A DNA stretch of 63,930 nt, filler included, from Hyphochytrium catenoides (Eukaryota; Protista; Hyphochytriomycota): assembly GCA_900088475.1 (NCBI GenBank). It is 12 parts of 12 records of this genome, joined end to end, with 100 filler letters (N's around TTAATTAATTAA, not from the genome) between each part and the next. Parts side by side here need not be neighbours in the genome. Positions count along the whole stretch, not along the records: positions 24,699 to 50,309 come from FLMG01000114.1; positions 50,410 to 52,646 come from FLMG01002511.1; positions 52,747 to 54,470 come from FLMG01004683.1; positions 54,571 to 56,380 come from FLMG01000069.1; positions 56,481 to 58,547 come from FLMG01001581.1; positions 58,648 to 59,900 come from FLMG01003491.1; positions 60,001 to 62,635 come from FLMG01002995.1; 5 more parts are not named here. One strand, written 5' to 3'. The translations under genes were made by a program, and so were the position numbers. Of this stretch, positions 49,930 to 61,021 are shown piece by piece. Numbering within the stretch: position 1 is the stretch's first letter; every line of letters begins with the position of its first letter. The notes below the pieces were generated by a model, which was not told the origin of the DNA, searched no databases, and saw nothing but the letters and a program-made list of their open reading frames with translations.

Positions 49930-50110
49930 CCCCTCTCTCTCTCTCTCTCTCTTCCACTCTCTTAGCCTACATCCTTCGCTCGGACTCTGGCCGCACGCTG
50001 CTGCTGGTGGACCCTGCGGACCCTGCTGCCGTCCTCTGGCGGGTGAGGTCCAGGAGAGAGAAAGTGCCAGGAGCTGCTGTTCGGGCCATCTTGACCACTC
50101 ACAAGCACGC
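49197..50110 (+). CDS. Hydroxyacylglutathione hydrolase (glyoxalase II)/PNKD-like metallo-beta-lactamase, partial. Exons 49197-49251, 49337-49366, 49966-50110
   Basis: Spliced product FHVELVPIFEDNYAYILRSDSGRTLLLVDPADPAAV...AILTTHKHA contains DNY, VDP and the start of THxHxDH; absent from the ORF track. Confidence 0.8.
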
Positions 50111-51767
50111 GTAAGCAAGGCAACCTCTTCTTCTCTCCTCTTCCGTCACTCGACTCTGTAGTCTCTCTCTCTCTCTCTCTCTTTCGCTCTCGCTCTCTTG
50201 ACCTCTCCCTTGTCTCCCTGCCCAGCTTCTCCATTAGCTCTTTACAACTCTCCTCTTCCCCCTCTCCTCTCCCCTCTCTCTCTCTCCCCCCCTCTCTCTC
50301 TCTCTCTCCNNNNNNNNNNNNNNNNNNNNNNNNNNNNNNNNNNNNNNNNNNNNTTAATTAATTAANNNNNNNNNNNNNNNNNNNNNNNNNNNNNNNNNNN
50401 NNNNNNNNNGAGGTTCTTTCCTTGTCGTGCTGCCACATGATACTCGTTGAAGAGGAAATATGTGCTCATCGTAGCACCCTCAGACAAGAGAGGGAGACGG
50501 AGAGAAAGGAAGACGCAGAGAGAGAGAGAGATAAGAAGATTGAAGAGGGGAGCGGACAAAACAGAGCAAAATACACGCAAACACACAGACACACAAAGAC
50601 AGCCAGAGAAGGGCGACAAATCTAAGCGGTGAACATATGGTGGCCAAATGGAGGGAGTGATGCTGGGTGATGAGAAGCAAAATGAGTGAGGAAGAGGGGT
50701 AAGAGAGAGAAAGGGCGCGGCTTGACGAAAACGAAAGAGCAGGAACAAGTAGAGAGAGGCTGCGGAGAAACAGTTCGGCTTGGTTGTAGAGACACAGAGA
50801 AGGAGAGAAGTTGTGCAAGCGATAGGAAGAAATGCTGCTGGGATAATAAACAGAACTAGAGCTTTCTTGTCGCCAGGCGCGTCCAAGGCGTTGGATGATC
50901 GGTAATGAAGCTTGTCTCTCCTCCTCTTCAGAAGTATTTCCACTCTCTTTTGTTTTGATAGAATAGCGACCGCCGCTGCCGACGGGACATTACCAAGAAA
51001 AACTTCACTGGAGAGTGCAAACCGCCAGGATAGTGGAAGAAACAAAGCAAGGCGACGACCGCAGGCGCAAAGAAGAGTGCGACAGAAAGAAGACGACGGC
51101 AAGAAGAAAGTAAGTGCAGCCCTGCACCGCTGATCAATCGTTGTCAGCTTCCGTAACGCCACGAGAAAAGTAGCACCTGGTCAATGATAGAGGGCAGCCG
51201 GGACGACGGGACGACGTCAGCCATCAAGCCAGCAGCAGGTCATCGTTATCATCTTTTTTTAAAGCTTGCGGACGGCGCCTTTCTTCATCGCGAGGGATAA
51301 CAGAAGAAAGACGGGCTTCTTCTGTGGGTCCGCGGCGAATCCGCAGGCACAGCTTGCAATGCTGGGGCACAGTGCTTTACAGTTACAAGTACTTCAAACT
51401 AATATTAAGTAGGCAAAGTGGTACAGTAACTGTATGTCACTGCTTGTGGAAGTACAGGTACAGCCAAAATGGCGGAGTTGCAAACTTGGATCCAGGAGAC
51501 TTACAGAACCCTTCTATAAGTAAGTACTTGGATAGCACAAGAATATAGCAATGCGTTTCTGGGGTTGTTGTACGCGTAGGCGGTGTAATGAGTTTGTAGG
51601 CGATGTATCCGCCTGCACGAGTACGTTGTACGCGTACATTACTGTACGGACAACCATCGACCTTTGGTCCCCTCTGCTGGCAGCTGCAACTGTTTTATTC
51701 TCGTCTTGAAGTAATTCTACAAGGCCTCTTTCTCTTCTATCAGTCAAGGTTGTTGCTTCCTCTCTAT

Positions 51768-51810
<43 letters not shown>

Positions 51811-52278
51811 NNNNNNNNNNNNNNNNNNNNNNNNNNTCTCTCTCTCTCTCTCTCTCTCTCTCCTTTCCCTCTTCTTCTTGTCCTCTTCTTCTATCCCTCC
51901 TCTTCTGTGATTGACTGATTGTTAGTAGCTCCCCTCAACGACCTCCAGGCTTGGCATCAACAATAGAATCCTCACAAGATTGCTTGGGCTCTGTTGGGCT
52001 CATCGGCGTCTGTCGTCTGTGCATCATCATCTTTGGCTGGAGGCTCCTCGTCAACTGGGAAGCTATATTCTTCCTCCAAATCACTGGTTGCTTAACTGCT
52101 TTGTCTCCTGTGCCATCACTCTTTCTTGTCTTCTTCTCCATCGATATTGCCTGCTGCTCGTTGTTGTGCCGTATTTTCCTCTCATCTCTTCTTCTCCTAG
52201 CTCTCTCCGTCACTCAAGAAGATCAGGTCAAGGACTAACTCCACGAAAAGAGGAGGCAATAGCAGGAATTGAGAAAAA

Positions 52279-52646
52279 ATGAGCTCAGCCATCACCACCA
52301 GTGATAACAGTGACCAAGGGCAACAAGGACAAGGACCAAAGAGGATAACACCTTCACGTATGGCCCCGATGCAGCGCAGGCAGCCGACCTCCATCTTCCC
52401 GCTGAGAATACACAGCCAGGCGTAGCCATTATGATTCATGGGGGCTTCTGGAAGGCAGGCTATGACCGTTCTCTACAGAATGCTGTCCTGGCTGATCTAT
52501 TGAAGGACGGTTGGCCAGTGTGGAACATTGATTATAGGGCCGTGGGAGCCGGTGGTGGCTGGCCGACCACTCTTCAGGACGTGGCAGATGCCATCGATCT
52601 CCTTGCTAAAGCGGCAAAGGAGTACCATCTCTCTCTCTACCAAGTT
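52279..52646 (+). CDS. Alpha/beta-hydrolase (HSL-type esterase), 3'-partial, with an apparent frameshift near 52347
   Basis: TYGPDAAQAADLHLP...IMIHGGFWKAGYD...VWNIDYRAVGAGGGWPTTLQDVADAID contains the HGG oxyanion motif; the upstream ATG at 52279 is in a different frame. Confidence 0.75.
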
Positions 52647-52746
52647 NNNNNNNNNNNNNNNNNNNNNNNNNNNNNNNNNNNNNNNNNNNNTTAATTAATT
52701 AANNNNNNNNNNNNNNNNNNNNNNNNNNNNNNNNNNNNNNNNNNNN

Positions 52747-54470
52747 TGGAGTTAATAAGGTCCTTCGGGACTACCCGCACGAGATCCCTCGCATTGATGA
52801 TCTATTCGACAACTTAGGGGGCGCCTCATGGTTCACGGCTATGGACCTAGTCGAAGGATTCCCTCAAGTGGCTATCTCTGAAGAAGCGGGTCAGATCTTC
52901 TCATTTGTTACCAAGGATGGAGTTTATAGATATGCACGATTACCTCAGGGAGCCAAGATAAGCCCTAACGTCTTCCAACGAGCCATGGATATGACCTTCA
53001 ATGGTATCCGGTTCCGGTTCGTTATGTGCTATATCGATGATGTCTTGACCTACTCCAAGGCCTATTCAAGTCACCTAGAACATTTGAAGGCGGTTCTGAG
53101 CAGACTGCGAGTAGCAAACCTTAAGATTAAGTTGGTTAAGTGCCATTTTGCACAGCAGGAGGTTAAGTACCTGGGACATATGATCTCGGCTGATGGAGCA
53201 CGACCTCTGGAGAACAAAGTTCAGGCCATTTTGGACTATGCAGCACCTAGGACAGTACGCCAGACGCGTGTTTTCTTAGGGATGGTGGGCTATTATCGAA
53301 GGTTTATACCTAGGTGTGGAGAGATCAGTAAGCCCTTAACCGAGCTATTGAGGAAGGAGCAGCGCTTTATTTGGACGGAAAAGTGTACAGAAGCATTTCA
53401 GACACTGAAGCGCAGTCTTGCCCAGGGCCCAGTACTTCGGGCCCCGGACTTCGACAAACCCTTCATTCTCCATACCGACGGTAGTAAGCATGCCATCGCT
53501 GCCATATTGTCACAAGAACATGCAGGCGAGGAACATCCAGTTGGCTATTACTCAAAGGCACTCAACACTCCAGGGGAGAGTAATCTAGACCCTCACCATT
53601 TCGAAGGCCTGGCTGTCTTCTGGGCGGTGAAGAAGTTACGACACTATCTGCTGGGACGCAGGTTTCTTCTGGTCACGGACCACTCATCCCTCACTCAGTT
53701 AATGAGTACGAAGGCGCCTACAGGAGTGAAGGCGAGGTGGATCAGTTATTTACAGGAGTTCACCTTCGACGTCGTACACAGAGAGGGAGAGAAGCATCTA
53801 AACGTCGATGCGTTGAGCAGAGATCCTCGGTACACCCCTCATCGTCGGAAAGTACTTGACGAAGACCCACCTCAAGTGGTGAAGAAGCTCATGGAGTCAC
53901 CACAAGGTCGCCTGGCATGGTTTGCAACGCAGCAGCTGGCGGATCCCTACATTCAAGATGTGAGACGCTGCCTTAGTCGTCGCTGCACTCATGTCGAGCC
54001 AAAAAGGTGCGAGCATAATCGAAAGAGTTACATAGAATATCAGGGGGTGCTCTACCGCATCGTGGACGAGGACAAGGGACAACCCAGATTGGCACAGCCT
54101 TTCAGCGATCAGAACGATGCCACGTCGAACTTAAATGAGGAAAACAGAGATAGAGGTATGGCTCTAACTAGTACAGGCCAGCGAACTCCTAAGACGGGGG
54201 TTGAATCCTCACCTGAGAGACAGCAGAACAGAACAGATGCCTCACTTTTGCACCCCAGCCCGGTCAAAAGTCACGGCGATACAGGCGAGCTGACGGTGGG
54301 AAGTCCGGACGACGCTCCTCCTGTAGCAGATTATGATGAGAAAAATGCAGTTGCGTTGACGGTGGGAAGCCCGGACGATGCGCAGACTGTACAGATGAAC
54401 AGACGAACGAACCTGAACGTGCCGATGGTGGGAAACCCAGACGACGCACGAAGAAAGAAAGTGACCATGC
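52747..54470 (+). mobile_element. Ty3/gypsy pol fragment: reverse transcriptase, RNase H and start of the integrase region
   Basis: IPRIDDLFD, LPQGAKISPNVFQR, YIDD, FLGMVGYYRRFI, FILHTDGS, VTDHSSL, ARWISYLQEF, NVDALSR in one open frame. Confidence 0.95.
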
Positions 54471-55370
54471 NNNNNNNNNNNNNNNNNNNNNNNNNNNNNN
54501 NNNNNNNNNNNNNNTTAATTAATTAANNNNNNNNNNNNNNNNNNNNNNNNNNNNNNNNNNNNNNNNNNNNAGAGAGAGAGAGAGACTGAGAGAGAGAGAC
54601 TGAGAGAGAGGGAAAGAACATATATACATATAGTGTGATCACCTTGAGTCTATTGTCTATGTCAGGTCCGTCTTCGGGCTTCTCTCCGCTTTCTTCCTCA
54701 GCTCTTTCAGTTGCTCTGTCTCTCCTTTCCTGAGGTTCTTCCTCCTCATGCTGGTTCCTGCTCGTCTCTCTCTTGCTCTCTCTCGTCTTTTCTCTCTTCT
54801 CTGTCTCTCCTGCTGTTTCTCTCTCTACTAAGAGCTGTGGCTGACTCTTCTGCTCTCTTCCTGAAAAAGAGGAAGATCGATCGATTGCTCTTTTCAGCGT
54901 CTCTCTCTCTCTTTCTTCCCTCTCCAATGTACCTCCTCCTTCCCTCTTCTTGGGTCCTCTCCCCTCCCTCTTCCCTTTCGCGGAGAGAGTCTTCTCTTCC
55001 TTTGGCTCAGAAGAGTCTTTCCCTGACGGAGGTGGAGCCCGAAGGGCGCCATGTGACAGAAAGAAGGCCATCTTCACGCCCCTCTGCTCTCTGTCTCTCT
55101 CTTCTCTCCTGCTCTCTCCCTCTCTCTCGGTTTCTCTTTATCGGGATAGCTCATTTGCCAGCGGAGCGGAGCCTATCGAACGCAGGCTGATGGTAGTGGA
55201 AAAGGAGAGAGGCGAAGACTTGAGAGAGAGAGAGAGGGTTGCCCATTCCTTTGCTTCTTCCTGGCGTTCTTATCAGGGCAAAGAGAGAGAGATTGGACTT
55301 TTCTTCGCTGGCGCCGCCGCGCTCCGCCAGCTCTTCCCTCGTCTCTGAAAAACGGCTTCGTCTTTTCCAT

Positions 55371-55408
<38 letters not shown>

Positions 55409-56102
55409 TCTCTCTCTCTCTCTCCCCTCTCTCTCTCTCTCTCACTTCTTCTTCAAGAGAGGCGGTGATGTATTGAAACATATCAGTAAATAACGCGGAT
55501 CAGAAACATTTCAAGTTCTTAATAATATAAGAGGTAAGAGAAACTTTATGGAATGTGATGCCTTGAAATAAATGAAAGCTTCACATCACTGCTCCATGAC
55601 CTTTCGTCGCTGGAGGGCGAGGAAGCGAGGGAAAACAGTGGCAGAGCGGAAGAACGAGGCTGAGAGCGGACCAGGAAGAGACAGAAGGAAGAGTGTCTCA
55701 CAGAGAGAGACGGAGAGAAAGAGAGAGAAACCAGGAAGGGAAGGACCAGGAAGAGACAGAAGGAAGAGTGTCTCTCAGAGAGAGAGAGAGAAAGAGAGAG
55801 AGAGAAAGAGAGTATTCTCGTTAGTGTAGGCCAGAAGCCTTCTTCCTTTCTAGATAGCGCAGCTAGAAGTCGCTGTCCTCCTCCTTCTACTGTATGTCCC
55901 ACCATCTCCCTTGACATCGGGGGAAAAGGAAGAACGAGGTCATAGACTCTCTCTCTCTCTTGTCACCAGCGGCGACCACCAGTTCATAGCTAGACCGCCG
56001 TCTTCTTCTGCCGTGATGCTCCCCAAAAGACAGATCGCCTTGTCTAGCTCACGCTTTTCGGCTCAAAGCATTGCGCTAAGAGAACGAGAGGACAAGAAAG
56101 AG

Positions 56103-56137
<35 letters not shown>

Positions 56138-56157
56138 NNNNNNNNNNNNNNNNNNNN

Positions 56158-56380
56158 CGTGTTTCTTCCCACAAAATCCAATGTATCCACCATAATCTTC
56201 TCTGGACACTTCTCTCTCAGATACTCGATAAACTCCTCGTAGGTCCGCACCTCTCTCTCTCCCTCTTTTTCTCCTCTCTTCAGCCTTCTTTCTTTGAATA
56301 TGCTGGGGAAGACACAGCAGGGAACAATGGCGAAAGGCTTTCCGGAAGAGAGAGAAAAGTCAACTATCGCCTCTGTGGCC
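56158..56380 (-). CDS. Exon of a conserved uncharacterised methyltransferase-like protein
   Basis: ATEAIVDFSLSSGKPFAIVPCCVFPSIF...VRTYEEFIEYL...LDFVGRNT; the KPFAxVPCCVF and F.GRN motifs are recalled from a widespread protist/fungal family. Confidence 0.6.
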
Positions 56381-56759
56381 NNNNNNNNNNNNNNNNNNNN
56401 NNNNNNNNNNNNNNNNNNNNNNNNTTAATTAATTAANNNNNNNNNNNNNNNNNNNNNNNNNNNNNNNNNNNNNNNNNNNNCCCCCCTCTTCTTCCCACCC
56501 ACCCCTTCGTGACTTGGGCTGCTCACAGAGCCAAAACAGCCTTCCGTCGCTGTTGCCGTCCGTGCAACACTGCTCAGGTAGAAGACAACAGTTGCTCCTC
56601 ACTCTCACATCAGCAATCACTCATTCATTTACTGTCAAGGGCACAAAGAGAGGTTTGCTTCTTTCCTCCAGAGTACTTCTCCACCAGCTGGATAGACGTC
56701 ACTGTTACTCACCATTGATCGTGAGTAACTGCCTCTCGGTAGATAGCGTAATCTGAAGG

Positions 56760-57692
56760 ATGGATATTGAAGGCGTTTCAAAGGTCGTCACCGATAGAGG
56801 AGGTTCTACCTCCGCGCGTCAGCGTCGCACTAGACGACCTCAGAAAGAGAAGCCCTCAGTGATAGACAAGCAGGAACCAGCATCAGTCCACAATCAAGAA
56901 GAAAAGCAAGTCATCCCTAACAAGCGAGTTTCCGGTATGGACGAAAGCAGCCCATTCTTGCAACCGAAGAAGAAGAAGAAGCAAGATGAGAATCAAACCT
57001 TCTACGACGAACCGAGAAACCGTACTCCAATGACAGCGACAACAGTCAAGAACGCTATGGAGAAAATCAAGAAGGCCAGAACCTACAAAGATGGCTCTTT
57101 CCTGTCGTGGAACATCACGGACCCTGTAGAGGATGCACTAATGTTCCCACCTTTTAACATGGAGTTCATCTTTGTCGGTAGGTGGTAGCAGAAGAAGGTG
57201 CCTCGCTTCTTGCACATACCATGGAACTTAGCTTCCGATGTTGTTTCAGGCCCTGTCACGGTGAAAGCCATATGGAATGAAACCGCTGATAACTCACAGC
57301 AGGAGGCACCTTTGAATGAAGTTCAATGGAATGCGATCGCTATTTCAAAGGAGGAGGCTGCGGCCTCCGACTTCAAGCTTGTGCTGCCAATTCACCGCAG
57401 CAACAAAAACCATTCAACCATTGACCTACCTACCGACCAGGACATCTCCGTGCGTGATCTCCTCACTATTATATACCGTCACTACCATGAAGTCCCTATA
57501 GGCTTAACCAACCTCCAACAATTGGACGATGATGACTTCGATGGCTATGTTACCGACGCCATAAAAAAGGTCAAGGGCGGTCATACAGCGCACTATATTG
57601 ATCTCATGGGCAGTGCAAAAGTGTATGAAGGAGTGGTGCCTTATCAGCTGGAGAACGGAAAGGAGCGTTTGCACTTACGGCTGGGGACTTAA
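56760..57692 (+). pseudogene. Intronless hypothetical gene interrupted by a single in-frame TAG (57186-57188); C-terminal domain DUF6699-like or giant-virus-like
   Basis: ORFs 56760-57188 and 57198-57692 share one frame; motifs ISVRDLLTIIY, DGYVTDA, YIDLMG...YEG, LHLRLGT*. Confidence 0.5.
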
Positions 57693-58649
57693 GTGGTAGA
57701 TCAAAACTGAAATCATTGGCGAATCCTCCAAGCAATGAAGTATGAGATAGGTGTATGAATGAACTTACTGCATTACAATCGTCGGGGATCTCCGTCGGAG
57801 TCAATCACCCTTCTTCATCGACCCTCAGGCCCGCTCTGTCGTGGTCCTATCACACTACTAATAAATACCATCTTACTAGCTAGCTATAGCTTCACCAAGA
57901 TAGAAGCCAGATTGAGTGTTTCCCAGCAGGACACAAACCTCTTTGAGCGCTGCACAAGCAGGCAGGTTAATGCATATCTTTACGAGCTTGGCTCCAGGAG
58001 GAGTAGTCAGTGCCCAGTTAATCTCTATTTGCGAGACTAACACCTCCTCGACCTCGGCGCCGGACCCAAAGCACCACCCACAACTCATGGCACAACCTAG
58101 GCATTTTTAGAGGAATCAGTCCCCGCGCCACGAGCCACTTCTTACCTGAGATGGCGGCCTCCATCGCGGGCAAAGTTATATAATAGGCATCAATCTGCCT
58201 TCCTCGATCTGCTTTATCGGCAACTTAGTTAGACAACATCCAGCACAAAATACCGGCGTTAAATAAAGTCTCTTGATGCCTTCTAGAACGCCAAAGCTCA
58301 TGCCACTCTTCAAAGTCTGAGACTCAGCAGTCTATGAATGACGAATCGAAGGAAGTAGATCAGATGAGGCATGCACCTAGAAGGACACATTAGGACAACA
58401 AGTGACAAGAAGCTTTAAGCTTCCTCTGACAAATCTCTCACTTCCGTCTGATGCGGCATAAGCTTATGAGCTACGCCAACCTTTCTAAATTATCCCCCTA
58501 CTCTACACACACACGCGCCGCCGCCTAAAAATCCTCTCTCTCTCTCTNNNNNNNNNNNNNNNNNNNNNNNNNNNNNNNNNNNNNNNNNNNNTTAATTAAT
58601 TAANNNNNNNNNNNNNNNNNNNNNNNNNNNNNNNNNNNNNNNNNNNNCT

Positions 58650-59900
58650 TTTCTCTCGACTTTTGAGTCTCTACAGCCCCATGCTGCGGCATCCTCACCT
58701 CGAAAGCCAAGGAGTCTTCTTTCGTTGAATGGTGTTCAGCTAAAGATTGTGGAGATTGAGGACTCAGAAACTTCAGCATCTCACACCAATCAAATATGCA
58801 GAGACATTCGAACAAGCGGAGAGAAAAGCTCCGGCTTTGACATAGAGTGGTCCATAAACCTGGATGGCTCCCGAGGCCCCGTCTCCCTTATCCAGCTTGC
58901 TAGCCGCGACCGGGCTACCAAAGTCGTGACCGTCTACCTCTTCCGAGTCCATAAGCTTGCCAAGAAGAAGGTACGCCTCCCCATAGAGCTAGAAGGGATA
59001 CTAGCCGATGGGACACTTGTCAAGGCCGGTAGATGCGTTTTTCAGGACGCGAAAAAGATTGCCGAGGACTTCGGGTTCGAGATGAATGGACTGGTTGAGC
59101 TGGCCGACCTTGCCTTTCGTAAGCTTGCGGTTCCGACCAGGAAAGTGTCCTTGGCAGCTCTGGCAAGGGAGATATTGGGAGCAGAGTTGGATAAGAGCCA
59201 GGCCGTCCGTTTGTCTAACTGGGATACGACCGGCGAGTTAGATTCTGCCCAGGTTGATTACGCAGCGAGGGATTCTCTTGCTTCTCTAATGCTCTATCAA
59301 GCTCTCTCTAAACGGCGGCAGATTCATGAGCTCACACGTCCCGTGAAGGGAAGTCTTAAAGTAGGGGCCACAGTGGCGCTCTTGTCCAGAACGGAGGACA
59401 GAATGGCCGGTACAGCAGTCGTCCTGGACGTGCCTCAGAGAGACTCCGCCGGCCGCCGGAATACTTTTGAGCATGACTACAAGGGAAGAAAACATAGAGT
59501 GACACACAAGCAACTGCTGGTCAGGATTATTAGCGCAGACGCTCCAAGCTTGGTTTTGCCATTGTATCAGATGGATGAGAGACAAGGACTGAAAGAGGTC
59601 TGCCTGAAGGATGCCTTGAATGATTGTGTAGTGTGGCCATTGCGCTGTTTACGCCCACTGGAGAATCCCGCGCAGAGCGATGGTGCTTCTCCAGCCATGT
59701 CAGCGTCTTCCTCCTCTCCAATATCTACATCTCCCACCACTGATGCTGCTGTACCAATGAAAGACAGCACCGCAGGGCCTAGGGAGGTTCAGGAGAGTTT
59801 TATACCTTCTACGACCCCAAACCACAAGAATACCACTTCGGCAAGGAACACAGTTACTGACCAGGCAGAGCCGGGGGAGGAGATGCCACACTTCAGCACT
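58650..59900 (+). CDS. WRN/EXD2-type DEDDy 3'-5' exonuclease domain within a long intronless ORF, open at both contig ends
   Basis: ExoI GFDIEW, SLIQLA, VKAG...FQDAKKI, SLAALA...LDK...RLSNW, ExoIII YAARD. Confidence 0.85.
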
Positions 59901-60777
59901 NNNNNNNNNNNNNNNNNNNNNNNNNNNNNNNNNNNNNNNNNNNNTTAATTAATTAANNNNNNNNNNNNNNNNNNNNNNNNNNNNNNNNNNNNNNNNNNNN
60001 GCCTGCTGTTCTGCCGCTGCATGCAAAGAGAGCTCCTCTATGGCGACCCCGCTGCTAAAATAATAAGAAGCATCAAACTTTCGCCGTCTGCCTTTCCACC
60101 CGAAACCAAGAAAGAGAGCCAAGAAGAAGATTGCAGCTGTCGCCAGTCTGCACCTTCCCGTCGTCTTCTCTTCTGTCCACTTTCAAGAAGTGGACACAAC
60201 AACAGCAAGCCAACAGGCTAACAACAAGGAAGCAGAAGAAGAATAGATAAGCCAGCTCTCTTTCTTCCCCTCATCATTCGGATGAATACTAATACGAATT
60301 ATGTATTAAATCTGCCGCCGCGCTCGAGATTCAAGTTACGCTGCTGCTGCCGGTAGTCTATCTTCTGCAGAAAACGATTCTTCTTCTGTGCTTCATTTGC
60401 TGCTTGCTGCGGCATCGTCATCCTACTAAGGCCTTATTATCTACTACTTTTATTATCCAGTTTTAAGAATTAAAGAAGTACTACAAATCTCTACTACTAT
60501 TGCAGCACAAGGTGTTTTACATCTATCTGCTGTTCGTTTCTGGTCTTGAAACATTTCTCATCTACTGTACATGTAGGTTTCAAAATTCCCCGTAACGCTG
60601 GAGGATTCGTAATAGAAGCTTGACATCCCTCCATCCGAGTACCAGCAGGTAAATTGGGAGTCTTATCGAAGCCTCCCATTTTGGTTGGATTGAGCCGCTA
60701 ACGACCTCGGTCCTACCACTCCGTCCTACCATCTCGTCCCACCGATAAGACGAACCTTCAGATGCTTAGAATATCTA

Positions 60778-61021
60778 AGGGGTTGTGCCACTATTTTGCC
60801 CAACCCTACTAATAAGCAAGGGCAATCGGCGTCTGTTCCCACGACACCCCATGGACAAACCGTCTTGAGTTCTGCTAGCCATTTTTTAGAGTTCAGGGGC
60901 AACATATTATTTCAAGGGCACACCTTCTAACTCCCAGCCCACCCAACACATACGTAGAGCAATATGTTAGGGGTGGGCATAATGTAGCAGGGCAAAATAG
61001 TGGCACAACGGCACAACCCTT
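60778..61021. mobile_element. MITE-like non-autonomous DNA transposon, about 244 bp
   Basis: TIRs AGGGGTTGTGCCACTATTTTGCCC (60778-60801) and GGGCAAAATAGTGGCACAAC[GGCACAAC]CCTT (60990-61021), with TA on both outer sides; no coding capacity. Confidence 0.7.

Noticed and set aside
50410-51162. 266-aa minus-strand ORF
   Set aside because: Mostly intron/UTR-like low-complexity sequence. Only MSTYFLFNEYHVAARQGKNL (ATG at 50469) might be a real gene start, and it is too short to call.
54571-55077. E/K/R-rich minus-strand ORF ending in PDIDNRLK
   Set aside because: It could be a real exon, but it cannot be distinguished from AG-rich sequence and has no recognisable domain
55668-55785. 43-bp direct repeat with 75-bp period
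   Set aside because: It lies within AG-rich slippage-prone DNA with no evidence of function
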